Shown: positions 34,411-57,857 of the stretch, piece by piece
Layout: every line of letters starts with the position of its first letter
How positions within the stretch are numbered: position 1 is the first letter of the stretch
NCBI RefSeq assembly: GCF_009914755.1
Contig: NC_060940.1
Reading direction: 5' to 3' (one strand)
Source of the DNA: the human T2T-CHM13v2.0 reference genome, Homo sapiens
Length of the DNA: 64,000 bases
Translations under genes and position numbers: made by a program
Notes under the pieces: generated by a model
The model's input: the letters and a program-made list of their open reading frames with translations, nothing else
The model's database searches: none
Told to the model about the DNA's origin: nothing

Positions 34411-35612
34411 AAAGGCTGTCCAGTAACAGTCAAGGCTTGCTGCTAACACAGTCCACAGGGCTGACCTGAAACCAGACTAGCCCTGTCTCCCTGCCCCCGA
34501 GTGACTTGGTAGGAGAGAGGGTTTCAATCTCCAGAGTCTGCATGGGCTGGACAAGTAACATTAATCCACACGGTGGCCAGGTATTTGTTTATTAAGCCGG
34601 TAGGAAATTCCTTCGTTTCTGCCAGGGTTTCCTGAGAGGCCTTCTCCATCTATCTTTGATTTTCTACTCTGATAAACTGAGACACAGAGAAGCAAAACAC
34701 TTCTCCCCTACTACAAACAGCAGTGCTCATGGAGTGACAAATGGCCCTGCCTCCCTGCCTCATGTCGGAGAGGTGACAGGAAGCAGGTGGACTGCGGGGG
34801 ACCCAGCTAGTGCACAACTAGTTCCAGCTAACTGATGTCAGGAGAGACGGCAGGCCCAGGCTTCTCATTTCTGGAGACAGACTGGAAACCTAGATTTTTA
34901 TGGAAAGTCTCAATTTCTTAAAAAATGCTAGGTCAAATTTATTTTTAACAGACCAAGTCTGGGCCACAAGCCTCCAGACTGTAACCACTGCTTTAAAGAG
35001 GCTTAGGCAGGCAGTGAATCTAGCAATGTGGAAGACACCTCCTCCCCCTGTGAACAATGAAATCAGAGAACTCCATCGATGCAACGTGGGGAAAGAACAA
35101 GGACTGTCCTGGTGCCTGCGGTCAGACAGAAGACCACTCATTAGGGGACTAACTACTAGTCACCAAAGAGCTTGACTTCAAATGTTCAGTTTTAAGTTCT
35201 GGTTTCACCTACAGGGCCATGTTGTTTTCCTCCCATCTCTAACGTTGGCTCTTTCCTGACTTGCACTGAAACCTTCCAGTCAGATTGGAAGCAGCTCCCC
35301 TCCGCCTTTCTCCCTCTCGCGCTCCCTTCGCCACAGCCTCTGCTCTGGGGCCCAAAGACGAAGCAGGTCAACAGCTGCCTTCCTCCCTGCGTCCTCTCCC
35401 CTCCCCCTCAGGACAGCCGCTCTGCTATTTCAGTACAAAACCACTGGGAACAAGATCATAAGCTTGATTACAGAAGTAAACCTAAATGCCGCATTTTCCT
35501 ATTCCGTCTGAACTTTGATAATAGGTCCTAGAACGAACTCCAGGGGAGAAATGGAAGTCAGGCAAAGGCAAGAATTTAAATGAAGGACAAAGCACTCTTA
35601 TTCTAAAAAAAC

Positions 35613-35930
<318 letters not shown>

Positions 35931-35973
35931 TCATTTGCATCAAATCCAGAATAGGGCTTTGGGTTGCAATTCA

Positions 35974-36177
<204 letters not shown>

Positions 36178-36483
36178 TCAAACCTGTTGCTGAAGTCAAT
36201 ATTTACTGCCTGTTTCTTAAAGATGACAAAGCAAGACTTGACTTAATCATTTTACAATAAATAACAGAATCTTTTAGGTCTCAAAGATCATCCAGCCCAA
36301 CTCCTACCTTCTACAGGTGGAGAGACTGTGGCTGTGAGAGGTTCTGTCACGTCCAAGGCCACCTTTCTAGAGGCAATGTATAGACTAGACTCTAGCACTA
36401 AAACTTGCATGACATGATTCTGTAAAACACCTTTCATTTTTACAATACTTTTAAGTTTAGGAAGTATCACACATATCTTCTTA

Positions 36484-36823
<340 letters not shown>

Positions 36824-37552
36824 TTAACACACTTTACGAAGTTCAGGCTGGAGACACAAACCTAGGTCTTCTTCCTCTAAAACCAGTCCTCTCCTCACTC
36901 ACTGGGACGCCACTCTGAAGCTCCGGTTCCTGCTCCTGACTACACTGGCGTGGCAGAGCCTACCTTCCATCTCATTTCTACCGTGAAGCGGATGTCATGA
37001 TCAATGCTTCCAAGCTAACGGCCAGCAAAGGAAGCTATTTAAAAACATTGAGGGCCCTTGACTGTGTAAGTCTAGTGGGAGCTCAGGGAGGGGTGCAGGG
37101 AGAAATCTTGTGGCCAGTTCGGCTGGACAAGCACAGCTTGGCTTGACTTACAGTCCTAGCAGAAGGGAGAGCACACGTATGGGATCCAGAGACTACACCC
37201 ACTTCCCCATCTGTACTGCTTCTCAATGAATGAAAGAATAAATGGAGGGACAGACAGTTAATGCATATGAGCCACTCTGCATAGAAGGCACTGTGTCACA
37301 GCCATTTAATACAAGAGGCAACGGTGGTTCAAAGAGGTCAAGTGACTGCCCAAGTGAGGGGCAAAGATGGAAATACAGATCTTGACTTAATGCAGTGTTC
37401 TCTCTCCTACCCCACAGCTGCCACCCTGTGTTCTTGGGCTGAGCACAAGCTATACACAAGTGAAGAGTTTGGTGAGACAGTTACTTAACCAATGGATAGT
37501 ATGACCCAATTAAAATGTGAATTCATAAAAGATGCTTCTCTCTAATACTGTA

Positions 37553-39292
<1,740 letters not shown>

Positions 39293-40180
39293 CATTTGAC
39301 AGAGGTGCAGCAATGATGATTTTCACCCCTGGAGATCCGCAGTCAATAAAGAGTCTACGCACATGTGTCAAGCACTTTCTTTGGCCCAACCCATGTGCAC
39401 TGTAAACTTTAACATTTCTATGTAATCATTCCCCCCACTTTTGGAGGATGCACCTCCCCTCCCCATTATCCCTCATTGCTGCCTACCTCCACCCCAGAGA
39501 GCTGCTGGCCAGGTACTGAGGGCTCAGGGCTTCCTCAGCTAAGGGTTGCTCTTCCCAGGCCCTGCACCAGCTTGACCTTTTCCCATTCTGGCTTCTGCCC
39601 CTCCCACAAAAAAGGGCATGAGGTTGTGCAGTGAGGGCTGAGACCTCTGCAGAGTGGTGAAACTTTTCTGTCCCTCATTCCGATGCCAGGTAATTAGGTC
39701 ACCCCAATGGCAAGGATGAAGAAGTCAGAGAACCTACTCACTCCCCCAGTCTCCCTGGTCCTCAGAAGAGAATGTGCACATTTTACCAGTTTGCTGTATC
39801 ACCTGGACAACAATATCCTGCTAAAATAGCAATATCACACATTGTTATCGCTTAGCAGAACCTCGCCATCTTGTCCATATAGGTTATTATGGTTGAGTGC
39901 TGCAAAACATCCAATTTGAAACTGACATAATTCAACTACAATTCTGCCACCACAAGAAATCAAATCTGACTTACTTGTATTTTTACATCTCCCCAAAATG
40001 TCACCAAAATGTTAATGGTTCCTATTGTTAGCTGTGAAGCTACAGATTTATTTTTCCTTCTTTTCTGTATAGTTTCCTAGTTTTCTAAACAAGCAGGACT
40101 TATTTTCACAAAAAAACAGATAACAAATGCCATTTTTTAAAAAAGCTATAGTCATATTCTAATTTGGCTTCTATTATTAT

Positions 40181-40470
40181 TTTTTTAAGAGACAGGGTCT
40201 CACTCTGTCACCCAGGCTGGAGTATAGCAGTGCAGTCATGGCTCACTGCAGCCTCAAATTCCTGGGCTCAAGCGATCCTCCTACCTCAGCCTCCTGAGTA
40301 GTTGGGACTACAGGTGTGCACCACCACGCCCAGCTAATTTTTTATTTTTATAAAGATGCCATCTTGGTATATTGCCCAGGCTGGTCTGGAACTCTTGGCC
40401 TCAAGCAGTTCTCCCACCTCAGCCTCCCAAAGGGCTATGATTACAGGTATGAGCCACTGTACCCAGCTGC
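40181..40470 (-). mobile_element. Alu (J-type)
   Basis: Reverse Alu ~75 bp from the exon 4 donor. Confidence 0.92.
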
Positions 40471-40534
40471 CCCTACAATTTTTAAAGCATACTACACATG
40501 GCTGCAACTAAAAAACCTAATGTTTTGGTCACTA

Positions 40535-40798
<264 letters not shown>

Positions 40799-40939
40799 CT
40801 AAGAAAACAGTCACTGTGAGACCACGGCCTTGAAACAAAAAGCCATGCCTCAGGGAAGATACCACAGCAGGCCCCTGCATTTGGGATTCAGGGTGCAATG
40901 ACATATAATTTAAAGCAGAGAAGCAAATCCCCCCACTTA

Positions 40940-41152
<213 letters not shown>

Positions 41153-41723
41153 TTAACTGATTTTAGGAAAACTGAGATAAGAAAAAGAAATGTGCAGAAT
41201 CCTCATTTCCTGCTTCTGCTAGGAGTTTACAAGATCCCAAAATTAAGTTAAGCAAGTTTCAGTCTTAGAAGTGTAGTGTGCTAAAAAAGACAATAATAAT
41301 AATAATAAAAGTAGTGTAGTGTGCTGAAGGAACAGAGCCAATCTTATTTCCTTGCTGATAGCCCTTCAGGGCTCGCCAAGGCGCTCAGGCCAAATCCAAC
41401 TCCTCATCCCACTCCTCCTGGAAAGCTCTCCACGGCCCATCCCTCCCTGCCTTGCTTATCTCATCCTCCACAGCTCTGCCCCTCACCCACAGGAGGCTTC
41501 CTGTTCCTAAGACAAGCCTCAGGGGTGCTGCCCTTGCTGTTTCCTCGGCCTGGCTGCTTTTCATCCAGGTCTTTAGGTGACTGATTTATTCTCATCATTC
41601 AGGTCGCAGCTCAGTTGTCAACTCCTCAGGCCTTTCAGAAAATGCCAACTAGAGTTCTAGCCCCACCCCCACCATTTCCATATTCTTCATAGAACTTAGC
41701 ACTCTTAGAAATGACTATATATA

Positions 41724-41730
<7 letters not shown>

Positions 41731-41762
<32 letters not shown>

Positions 41763-41786
41763 ATCTTTTTTTTTTTTTTTTTTTTT
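41731..41786. repeat. (AC)15 followed by poly-T, within an L2-like fragment (~41340-41930)
   Basis: Direct reading; L2-like 3' end atttgttaagtaaatgaa. Confidence 0.9.
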
Positions 41787-42394
41787 GCCAACATCCTTGT
41801 CAGTTTCCCTCATTCAAATATAAGAGCAGGCACATTGTCAACCTGTTCACCAGGACATCCTCAGTGCGCAGAATGAATTTGGGTGATAATAGGGGCTCTG
41901 TGTATATTTGTTAAGTAAATGAACCAGCCCAGTGAGCTGGACTGATAAAACAATCTTCAGAGTCAAAAGCACTGAACGGTGCAATCAGTGGACCTGCAGT
42001 CTCATTTTGACTTCACTGTTGAAGGCCAGACCTTGCCTTCAAATCATTAGTTCCTTCCTCTAAATTGACATGTGAGAAAGAATGCACCAAAAGAGGCCAA
42101 AACCACTTCCTAGCAAAAGGCATGTGAGGACAGCCCAAGTGAGAAGACTCATTTCTGTGCTGACACCTAACAGTCTTTACTGTGCATTCCCCATCGCTGA
42201 TGATGGAGACTCCACCACAATGCCTGGCCTGCTCAATCCAACTGACATCTTGAGCAAATTGACCTGCTCCATTCACCCACTCTCAGAGTCCAAGCCCTGG
42301 CCCTGCAGCTGGGAGATCCCATAAGGATGTGCTGCCGGGGAACCCATCCCTCACTCGTTCCTTGGCATCAAGTTACTCAACTGGAGAAGACTGA

Positions 42395-42697
42395 AGTTTG
42401 AATGTGTCCCCTGAAAGTTCACGTGTTAGAAACCTAATTTCCATCGTAACAGTATTAAGAGGAAGAATCTTTAAGAGGTGATTAGGCCATGACAGTTCTG
42501 TTCTGCCCTCTTGAATACATTAAGGCTTTTATCGTGGGAGTGGGTTAGTTATCTCGGGAGTGGGACGTCCTTTCCAGATGCTGGTGCCATGCTCTTGGAC
42601 TTCCCAGCCCCTTGAACCATGAACCAAACAGACTTCTGTTCTTTATAAATTACCCAGTTTGTGGTATTCTGTTGTATCAGCAGGAAATGGCCCAAGG
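42395..42697 (+). mobile_element. MST/MLT1A-type MaLR LTR
   Basis: gtttgaatgtgtcccc...ctttaagaggtgattaggccatga...tttataaattacccagtttgtggtattctgtt. Confidence 0.8.
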
Positions 42698-43554
42698 TAG
42701 AGGACCCCCCTTTCCCAGATGAAGGAGTCACCAAGGGTCCACATACAAAAGCTCACAGGCTACCAATTCTGTTCACTGGGAGCCAACATCCACTCTTCTC
42801 AGCCCTAGTATTTGCAGATGCCTAGTCACGAGGTCCTGCTGCAGCCACACCACTCAACTCAGTCTGACAGTTTTCCTTCCCTCTTCCCCACACCAGATGA
42901 CTTTATTTCTACCACTAAGTAGGCACAAAGAAAAAAAGAGGCTGTTTTAACTTAACTCCATCTTTCTTCACATTGTTTGACACCTGAAAATAGTATTTTG
43001 CTTAAGTCACAGAAGCCCATATAGTGCGTCTTCAAAAAGAATGTTATGTTGCGAATACACGACAGAAAGTCCACTTTATATATCTGAATTTCACAAACTT
43101 AGGACCTATGCTCTTTTGTTCTCAAAACAGGCTCATTAAGTTAAATTATAAGAGGTCAGCTGGGGGAAAAAAGTTTGAAAACAGGGCACTGGTTTGCTGC
43201 TTTTAAAACGTCATTACTCTGACTAGTTTACTATCCTTCACTGACATGATCCCAATGTTTCTGTTAATTATCGCGAATTAGCTGATTCAATAACTCCGGC
43301 TAGTTTTAATTTGCTGACTATGGTCATCTTATAGGTTATCAAATGCCAATGAAGTACCATGCAAAGTACACCAGGATACCAAGACAAATAAAAATAGTTT
43401 CTACCTTCAAGGAGCTCACAGGCTACTGGAGAAAAAAATTTAAAATGAATAATTCTAATATGAGGTCATAACTTCTCTCACAGAAAGAGGCTCTAGTTGT
43501 TGAGGCCATAAAATGTCATAGATGAGGAGCCCTAATTCAAATATGTGTGTATAA

Positions 43555-43938
<384 letters not shown>

Positions 43939-44978
43939 TGAGAGAATTAAGGGGAAGGATGCAGAAGCTGCACGGTTACAGAGGCATGAAGAAGCATGCC
44001 TGCTCCTGGAGGTAAGAGGTGCAGCACGGCTACAAAGTCTGGAGTGTGGTAGCCAGCTAGGAAGCAGAAGGAAGGAAGGAAAGCTCGAGAGGCCAGCAGC
44101 GCCTACATCCCCAGTGGCCCTCTGATGCCGTGCTGGGGAGTTCAGATTCTATAACATGGGTCAGGGGTTACAACATCAAACATGTATTTCTAGAAGCCGG
44201 CTTTGTGCCAGGCATATTATTATAGAACTGAGAGACATAGCGGTGAACAAGAAGGATAGAGTCCCTGCCTTTGAGCAACGTATAATCTAGTGAGGAAACA
44301 GTGACATAAACAAACACTTAAAACCATTTTTGGTGCCATAAAGAGTACTACGATGGTGTCTGGGCAATGGAGGACACTTCCAGAGGAGTCAGGTTGAAGT
44401 CTGAATGATGTGGCGACGTGAAGATTTGTGGACAGAATATTCTTGGCGAAGGAACAGCACGAGGATTGCCTTGAGACAAAAAGGAGCCCAGCATGTTGAG
44501 GCTGAAGTGCAGTGCAGAGTGAAGAAACTGAGGTCGGAGCACTGGGTGAGCAGAGGCACAATCACATATAGCCTGCCGGGACCCAATCAGGAGGGCAGGG
44601 AGCACACACGAACACAACACGAACACAAACTCACGGTGTGTGGAACCGGGTGGTACATGGCCAGCTGAGGGTAACTCTGGCCTATATCACCCTGTAAAAA
44701 ATTGGTCTCAGTGCAGCTAGATCTTGTGACTTTTCAAGAAAAGCTAGAAATCCAGGTTTTTAAATATTAGCAATGAAATAAAATTAAAAACCAAACAGAA
44801 TACCATGCTGGGCACACAAAGCTCCTCTGTGGGCAGATTTGGTCAGTTTGAAACCTCTGCCTTGTGTGGTCAGGGTACATCCCATCACACTGGGGCCTAG
44901 AAGAGTCCCACGTTTATGGCTTGTACAGCCACGTGCATGAGAGTACATCTGACCAGAATAAAGAACGAGAAAAGGCAG

Positions 44979-45720
44979 TACTATGGTTTGGATGAGGCTT
45001 GTCCACACCAAAACTCATGTTGAAGTTTAACTACCAGTATGCCGGGTGCAGTGGCCCATGCCTGTAATCCCAGCAGTTTGGGAGGCCAAGGTAGGCAGAT
45101 CACCTGAGGTCAGGAGTTCAAGACCAGTCTGGTCAACGCAGTGAAACCCCATCTCTACTAAAAATACAAAAATTAGCCGGGCATGGTAGCAGGTCCCTGT
45201 AAACCCAGCTACTTGGGAGGCTAAGGCAGGAGAATCGCTTTAACCTGGGAGGTGGAGGTTGCAGTGAGCCAAGATTGCGCCATTGGACTCCAGCCTGGGC
45301 GACAAGAGCAAAACCCCGCCTCAAAAAGAAAAAAAAAAAAAAGTTTAATCCCCAGTGCAGCAGCATTGGGAGGTGAGGACTAGTAGAAGGTGTTTGGGTA
45401 GTGGGGGATGGATCCCTCATAAATAGATTAATGCCACCTGGAGAAGAAAATGAGTCTCCTTCTCTTGGGAATGGATTAGCTCCGGTGAGAGTGGGTTGAT
45501 GTAAAGCAAGGATGTCCTCCGGGTTTTGCCCCTCTGCACATGTTCACTGTCCCTCGGACCTTCCACCATGCTATAAGGCAGCACGTAAGTCTTGCCAGAA
45601 GCCAGTGCCATGCCCTTGAGCATCCTAGCCTGCAGCACTGTGAACTAAATAAGCCTCTTTTCTTTGTAAATTACCCAGCCTCAGGTATTCTGTTCTAGCA
45701 ACACACAACACACTAAGACA
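44979..45720 (+). mobile_element. MST (MaLR) LTR interrupted by an Alu (45041-45342)
   Basis: ctatggtttggatg...aaactcatgttgaa and terminal aaattacccagcctcaggtattctgttctagcaacac...actaagaca. Confidence 0.85.
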
Positions 45721-45865
45721 GGAACAGAAGGCAGGTTTGGGTTGAAGGAGAGTGATGACCACACTGGTATGCACAGCAGATTATTGGAATAACACATATG
45801 CCGCTTGGGAGAGAGGTCTGGGACTAGACAAAGAGCCTTTAGAAGCAGTCAATGTGTCTTTCTTG

Positions 45866-46451
<586 letters not shown>

Positions 46452-46865
46452 AACATTTAAGTGGTGGAAGGAAGTAGGTGAATCCACAAATAAGCTGGTG
46501 AGGAATGGCAAGGAAAGTAGAAAAACAAAATAAGGCAGGAAGCCACTGGCACAAAAGCTTTGAGTCCTTAACAGTGTAGCAGGGTCAAGGAGATTAGGGT
46601 CCTAACAGTGTTCATGGCCCCATGGGATCTTAGAGGATAAAACTGTGAAGTGATAAAGTCAGGAATCAGGATTGCAGTGGGCAAAGGAGTGAAGGGGAGG
46701 TGAAGAGGGAGAAACAGTGAATGGGGGTGATTCATCTAAGAAGCGTGGGTGCAGAGTCAAAGAAACAGCCAGTTACAAGGGATTTGAGGTCAAGAGAAGG
46801 TTCTGCTGCGAGATGGGTGAACTGTGTTCATGTGCTGAAGGGAAAGCTTCAGTAGAAATCAAGGA

Positions 46866-47164
46866 CAGACAGGGGGCCGTTGCTCACACTTGTAATCCCA
46901 GCAATTTAGGAGGCTGGGATAGGAGGATTGCTTGAGCCCAGAAGTTTGAGACCAGCCTGAGCAACATGGCAAGACCCCACCTCTACAAAAAATAAAACTT
47001 AGCTGGGTGTGGTGGTATGCGCCTGTGGTCCCAGCTACTCAGGTGGAAGGTGGGAAGATCACCTGAGCCCAGGAGGTCAAGGCTGCAATAAGCTGTGATC
47101 ACACCACTGTACTCCAGCCTGGGCAACAGAGTGAGACTCTGTCTCAAAAAAAAGAAAAAGAAAA
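46866..47164 (+). mobile_element. Alu (J-type)
   Basis: Full dimer. Confidence 0.92.
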
Positions 47165-47721
47165 TCAAGGAGAAAGATGAGCTAACTGAGAGGTGGAAAA
47201 GAGCAGGGGTAGAGGGAGCTGGGCTGGGGGAGGGGAGGAGGAGGAAGGGATGCATCCAGATCACAGCCTTAGACAGGGCCACCATTTCTCACCTCCTCCG
47301 AGATGAGAGTAGACAGGGAAGAAATGTGGAAAAGTCTGCAAGTCAAGAAAGAAGGTGGAAGTTAGCAGAGTTCACATTGCCCTGTAAAGTAGGAAGGAAG
47401 GCAGGAATGGAGTTAGGTGCTTGAAAAAAAATGATCATTTGGATTAGACACTCTGGGGAATTGGGATACTGACTGAGGATTCACAAGAGAATGGCTTGGC
47501 AGCACAGGGCCCAGGTAGGAAGAGAGAAAGGGCACCATTCAAGTGCTCAAGGACTGTGAGCACAAAGGAAAGAGAAAGGCAGGACCCGTGACCCCAGTGA
47601 AGAAGGCGAATGAAGGCCAAGAACTGGCGTAGTGCAGGGCTAGTGAACTCTGACAGACTCCAAGGTTGTGGGCCAGATCCAAGTGCTCTGACTACACATT
47701 CAAAGCACTCAGATTCCCAGG

Positions 47722-48036
47722 AATTTCTTTTTTCCTTTTTTTTTTTTTTGTAGACAGGGTCTGACTCTGTTGCCTAGGCTGAAGTGCAGTGGCATGACCT
47801 CGGCTCACTGCAGCCTGCCTCTGCTTTCTGGGTTCAAGTGATTCTCATGCCTCAGCCACTACAGTAGCTGGGATTATGGGCATGTGCCACCACACCCGGC
47901 TAATTTTTGTATTTTTAGTAGAAACAGCGTTTTGCCATGTTGGCCAGGCTGGTCTTGAACTCCTGGCCTCAAGTGATCCACCTGCCTCGGCCTCTTAAAG
48001 TGCTGGGATTACAGGCGTGAGCCACCGTACCCGGCC
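47722..48036 (-). mobile_element. Alu (S-type), 37 bp from the exon 2 donor
   Basis: TSD agattcccaggaatttct on both sides. Confidence 0.95.
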
Positions 48037-48072
48037 AGATTCCCAGGAATTTCTGATGGTGCAAAATAGTTA

Positions 48073-48393
<321 letters not shown>

Positions 48394-48619
48394 TCAGTTT
48401 TCCTGCCTTATAAATGCAGATAATCTTGACAAGCAGGTTCCTGCCTTTCTATCCCACAGAACGCAGACCTTTCCAGGACTCCCCAGACTATTCCAGAAGC
48501 TGGGTGCTGGGACCTAAACCTCCTTATTGGCCAAGTCATGGGCTTTTGTTTCCCTCCAAATCTGGTACTCAGTCTCCAAACCACCAAGTTGGACGAAATG
48601 ATTCAAGGCTTTCCTCCGC

Positions 48620-51324
<2,705 letters not shown>

Positions 51325-51631
51325 TGTCTTGGACATTATTACCTCTTGGAACCTCCCCTGACCCTCACAATATGGCTTAAGAGCACAGACGCTGAAAATA
51401 GCCTGGGTTCAAATCAATTCTTAGTCACTTATTGCCCCCAGAACCTTAGGTTACATAATCCCTCTCTGTGACTCAGTGTCTTCCTCTGTAAAATGAGGAC
51501 GATAACAGCACCTACCTCATAGGTGAGGATCAAGTGAATTTAATCTCCTGTTTAACGGAGTTTAATCAAGTGAGGATCAAGTGAGTTTAAGCTCCTAAAG
51601 CTTCTAGAATAGATTCTTAGAACAGCAATGT

Positions 51632-51932
51632 GGCCGGGCGCCGTGGCTCACGCCTGTAATCACAGCACTTTGGGAGGCCGAGAGGTGCGGATTGTCTGAG
51701 GTCAGGAGTTCGCGACCAGCCTGGCCAACATGATGACACCCCATACCTACTAAAAATGCAAAAATTAGCCGGGCGTGGTGGAACATGCCTGTAATCCCAG
51801 TTACTCAGGAGGCTGAGGCACGAGAATCGCTTGAACCTGGGAGGCGGACGGAGGTTGCAGTGAGCCAAGATCGCGCCACTGCACTCCAGCCTGGGCCACA
51901 GAGAGAGACTCTATCTCAAAAAAGAAAAAAAA
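51632..51932 (+). mobile_element. Alu (S-type)
   Basis: Full dimer; TSD-like agaacagca. Confidence 0.95.
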
Positions 51933-52314
51933 GAACAGCACCTCACCCATGAAGTCCCTGATAAATGTCAGCTTTTAGCATTATCGCTAATTGTCCTGAT
52001 ACGCAGATCTCGAGTTGCCCTAGGCTATCTGCACCGAATGAATATACCATGAGGGTCTGTTGATCTCAGGAGTCTCCAGTCTGGCTCTAAAGTGTCTTTC
52101 CTGCTCTAATCCTATCCTCCAATGTAAAGGAAACATTCTTTTAAGCCTGAAGAATATCCCCAATCCTGTTCGCCATTACCCCAAAACACACACAGGGACA
52201 AAACGGGACATCACTAGATTCTCCCCCTCCCCCCGCCAACTCCATCGGACTCCAGGGCCCTGCCAGGCCTGAGGGACCCCAGATTAGCCTTACCGCCGTG
52301 CCCCAACTCAATCA

Positions 52315-52752
<438 letters not shown>

Positions 52753-52793
52753 TCAGACCCAGGGTTCGGAGGAGGAGTTCCAGCGCGCCGGCA

Positions 52794-52801
52794 TGACGTC
52801 A
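52794..52801. promoter_or_regulatory. Full CRE palindrome TGACGTCA
   Basis: Exact CREB/ATF consensus at the promoter midpoint; GC box GGGGGCGGGC at 52808-52817 and inverted CCAAT (ATTGG) at 52841-52845 adjacent. Confidence 0.75.
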
Positions 52802-52859
52802 CTCCCCGGGGGCGGGCTCAGTAAGTGGAGCTCCACCGTCATTGGTCCGGGGCCCCGCA

Positions 52860-52873
52860 GTAACCAGGGGAAC
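52860..52873. promoter_or_regulatory. Candidate RFX X-box GTAACCAGGGGAAC
   Basis: Two mismatches to GTTNCCATGGNAAC; 57 bp upstream of the ciliary gene ATG. Confidence 0.5.
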
Positions 52874-52892
52874 TGCAAACAGTGTAGAGGCC

Positions 52893-52915
52893 GCTTCCGG
52901 TTCGAGCTCCCGGAA
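52893..52915. promoter_or_regulatory. Inverted pair of ETS/GABPA cores (GCTTCCGG ... CCGGAA)
   Basis: CCGGAAG core on the minus strand at 52894-52900 and CCGGAA on the plus strand at 52910-52915. Confidence 0.6.
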
Positions 52916-52930
52916 CCGCCGCCTCTAGGG

Positions 52931-52937
52931 ATGGACG
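52931..52937 (+). CDS. KATNIP: KATNIP (KIAA0556) first coding exon, ATG GAC G (MD-G...); intron 1 runs past the window end
   Basis: Strong Kozak GGGATGG immediately followed by consensus donor G|GTGAGT; recalled head-to-head arrangement with GTF3C1 and recalled MDG N-terminus. Only 7 coding nt are visible, so identity rests on synteny. Confidence 0.85.
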
Positions 52938-53399
52938 GTGAGTGTCTGTGGGCCCCTCCGGGAGGTCGGGCTGTTATTCTCCCATCCCTCCCGACCGCGC
53001 TTTGGGCAGAATCCTAGGCCATAAACCCCTGGACCACCACTTCCTGACCCAAGGGGGTCTCCGAAATGAGGGATAGGGAGGCTTAGTGGTCTGGAACGCG
53101 GAGGAGAGCCTGGGGGAGTGGTCAGTGCTGTGACCATTCTGCTCGGCTGTGGTCGTGAAGGAAACCGGTACTGGCCGGGAGCTCAGTGAAGGGATGTAGG
53201 GTGGGGAAGGAGAAGTAGAGGTCTGAGGAGGGTCTTGTGAATGTTGGGATGTGGAACTGTCGGATTTGGGAGTTGATATGAAAACAAGCTTGATCGTGGG
53301 AGTGCAATCGTCAGGTGCTGGGAAAGGGAATTGGTGTGGGGGGTGAAGGGAGTTTAGGAAATACTCCCTTTCTGTGCCTTGGCGTTAATAATAATAGCT

Positions 53400-53610
53400 C
53401 CCTTTAACAAAGTGCTTTCCAGTACCAAGAACTCTGTAAGTACTCTTGGGCAACACCTCGCTAAGCTTCATACCAGCCTTTTGAGTTCAGCGTTGTTCCA
53501 TTTTACAGATGATGAAACTGAGGCTCAGAGGTGTTAAGGAACTTGCCCAAAGTCAAACAACCAGCATGTAGCAGAGTGAGTGAGAAACCCAGACACCCTG
53601 TCTCTGGAGC
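53400..53610 (-). mobile_element. MIR
   Basis: ccattttacagatgatgaaactgaggctcagaggtgttaaggaacttgcccaaagtca core. Confidence 0.8.
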
Positions 53611-54206
53611 TGAATTATGGAGCTTGAGATTTGGACCGGTTTTGAGGGTCCCTTTATTCCAGAGGTTGTAAATGCAGATGTCTGCAGAGGAGAGTCTAGT
53701 GAGCCGGATTGAGGCTGTAACTGAAAATCAATTCCTCACCTGAAAGGAAAGCTGCTCACCAAGCACCAGCTGATTGTCCTCTTGGGGTACTTCTCAAAAA
53801 CAGGGTTGGCCAGTCACTCTGAAGGCCAGAGACAGCTTGTGGGCCCCCATTTAGGGATCCCTGATTAGAGTCATGGTATTGACAATTGGAAGCAAATGGA
53901 AAATAGGCTATTCTGATATCTCACTTTGCAGATGGGAAGACTAAAGTCTAGAGAGACTGGTAGGGTCTGGGCTAGAGTCCAGATCATTTTTCTAATTACA
54001 GCACTGTCCCTCACTTCTCGGGAATTTGTTCCTGGGGAATCCACATTCTTTTTATATTCACTGAATGTAGTGTGGAGAAAATGTTTTTAATTGAACATTC
54101 TGTCATATGCTTAAAATATATCTTTTCCCTTTGTACTTTAGAGGTACTATAAAATGTGCTTTACCATTTTGCCTTCTGGAAAGGTCAATGTAATGTTGCT
54201 ATAGAA

Positions 54207-57331
<3,125 letters not shown>

Positions 57332-57486
57332 CTACAGTCCATTTTCAGGAAGGCTGCTTTGTGCCTTCTAATGAGCATCTCTGTACTTGCAGTCTTACGA
57401 CGTTATTGTAGCCTAGTAGAGGGGTATGTTCATTTTCAGATTGGCCCCCAAAAGGAAAAATTTATTCTCAGAAGTGTTTACCCTAG

Positions 57487-57857
<371 letters not shown>

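Noticed and set aside
39305-39400. ATGATGA (C-box-like) suggesting an intronic snoRNA
   Set aside because: On the strand opposite the host transcript; no D box with terminal stem at a suitable distance
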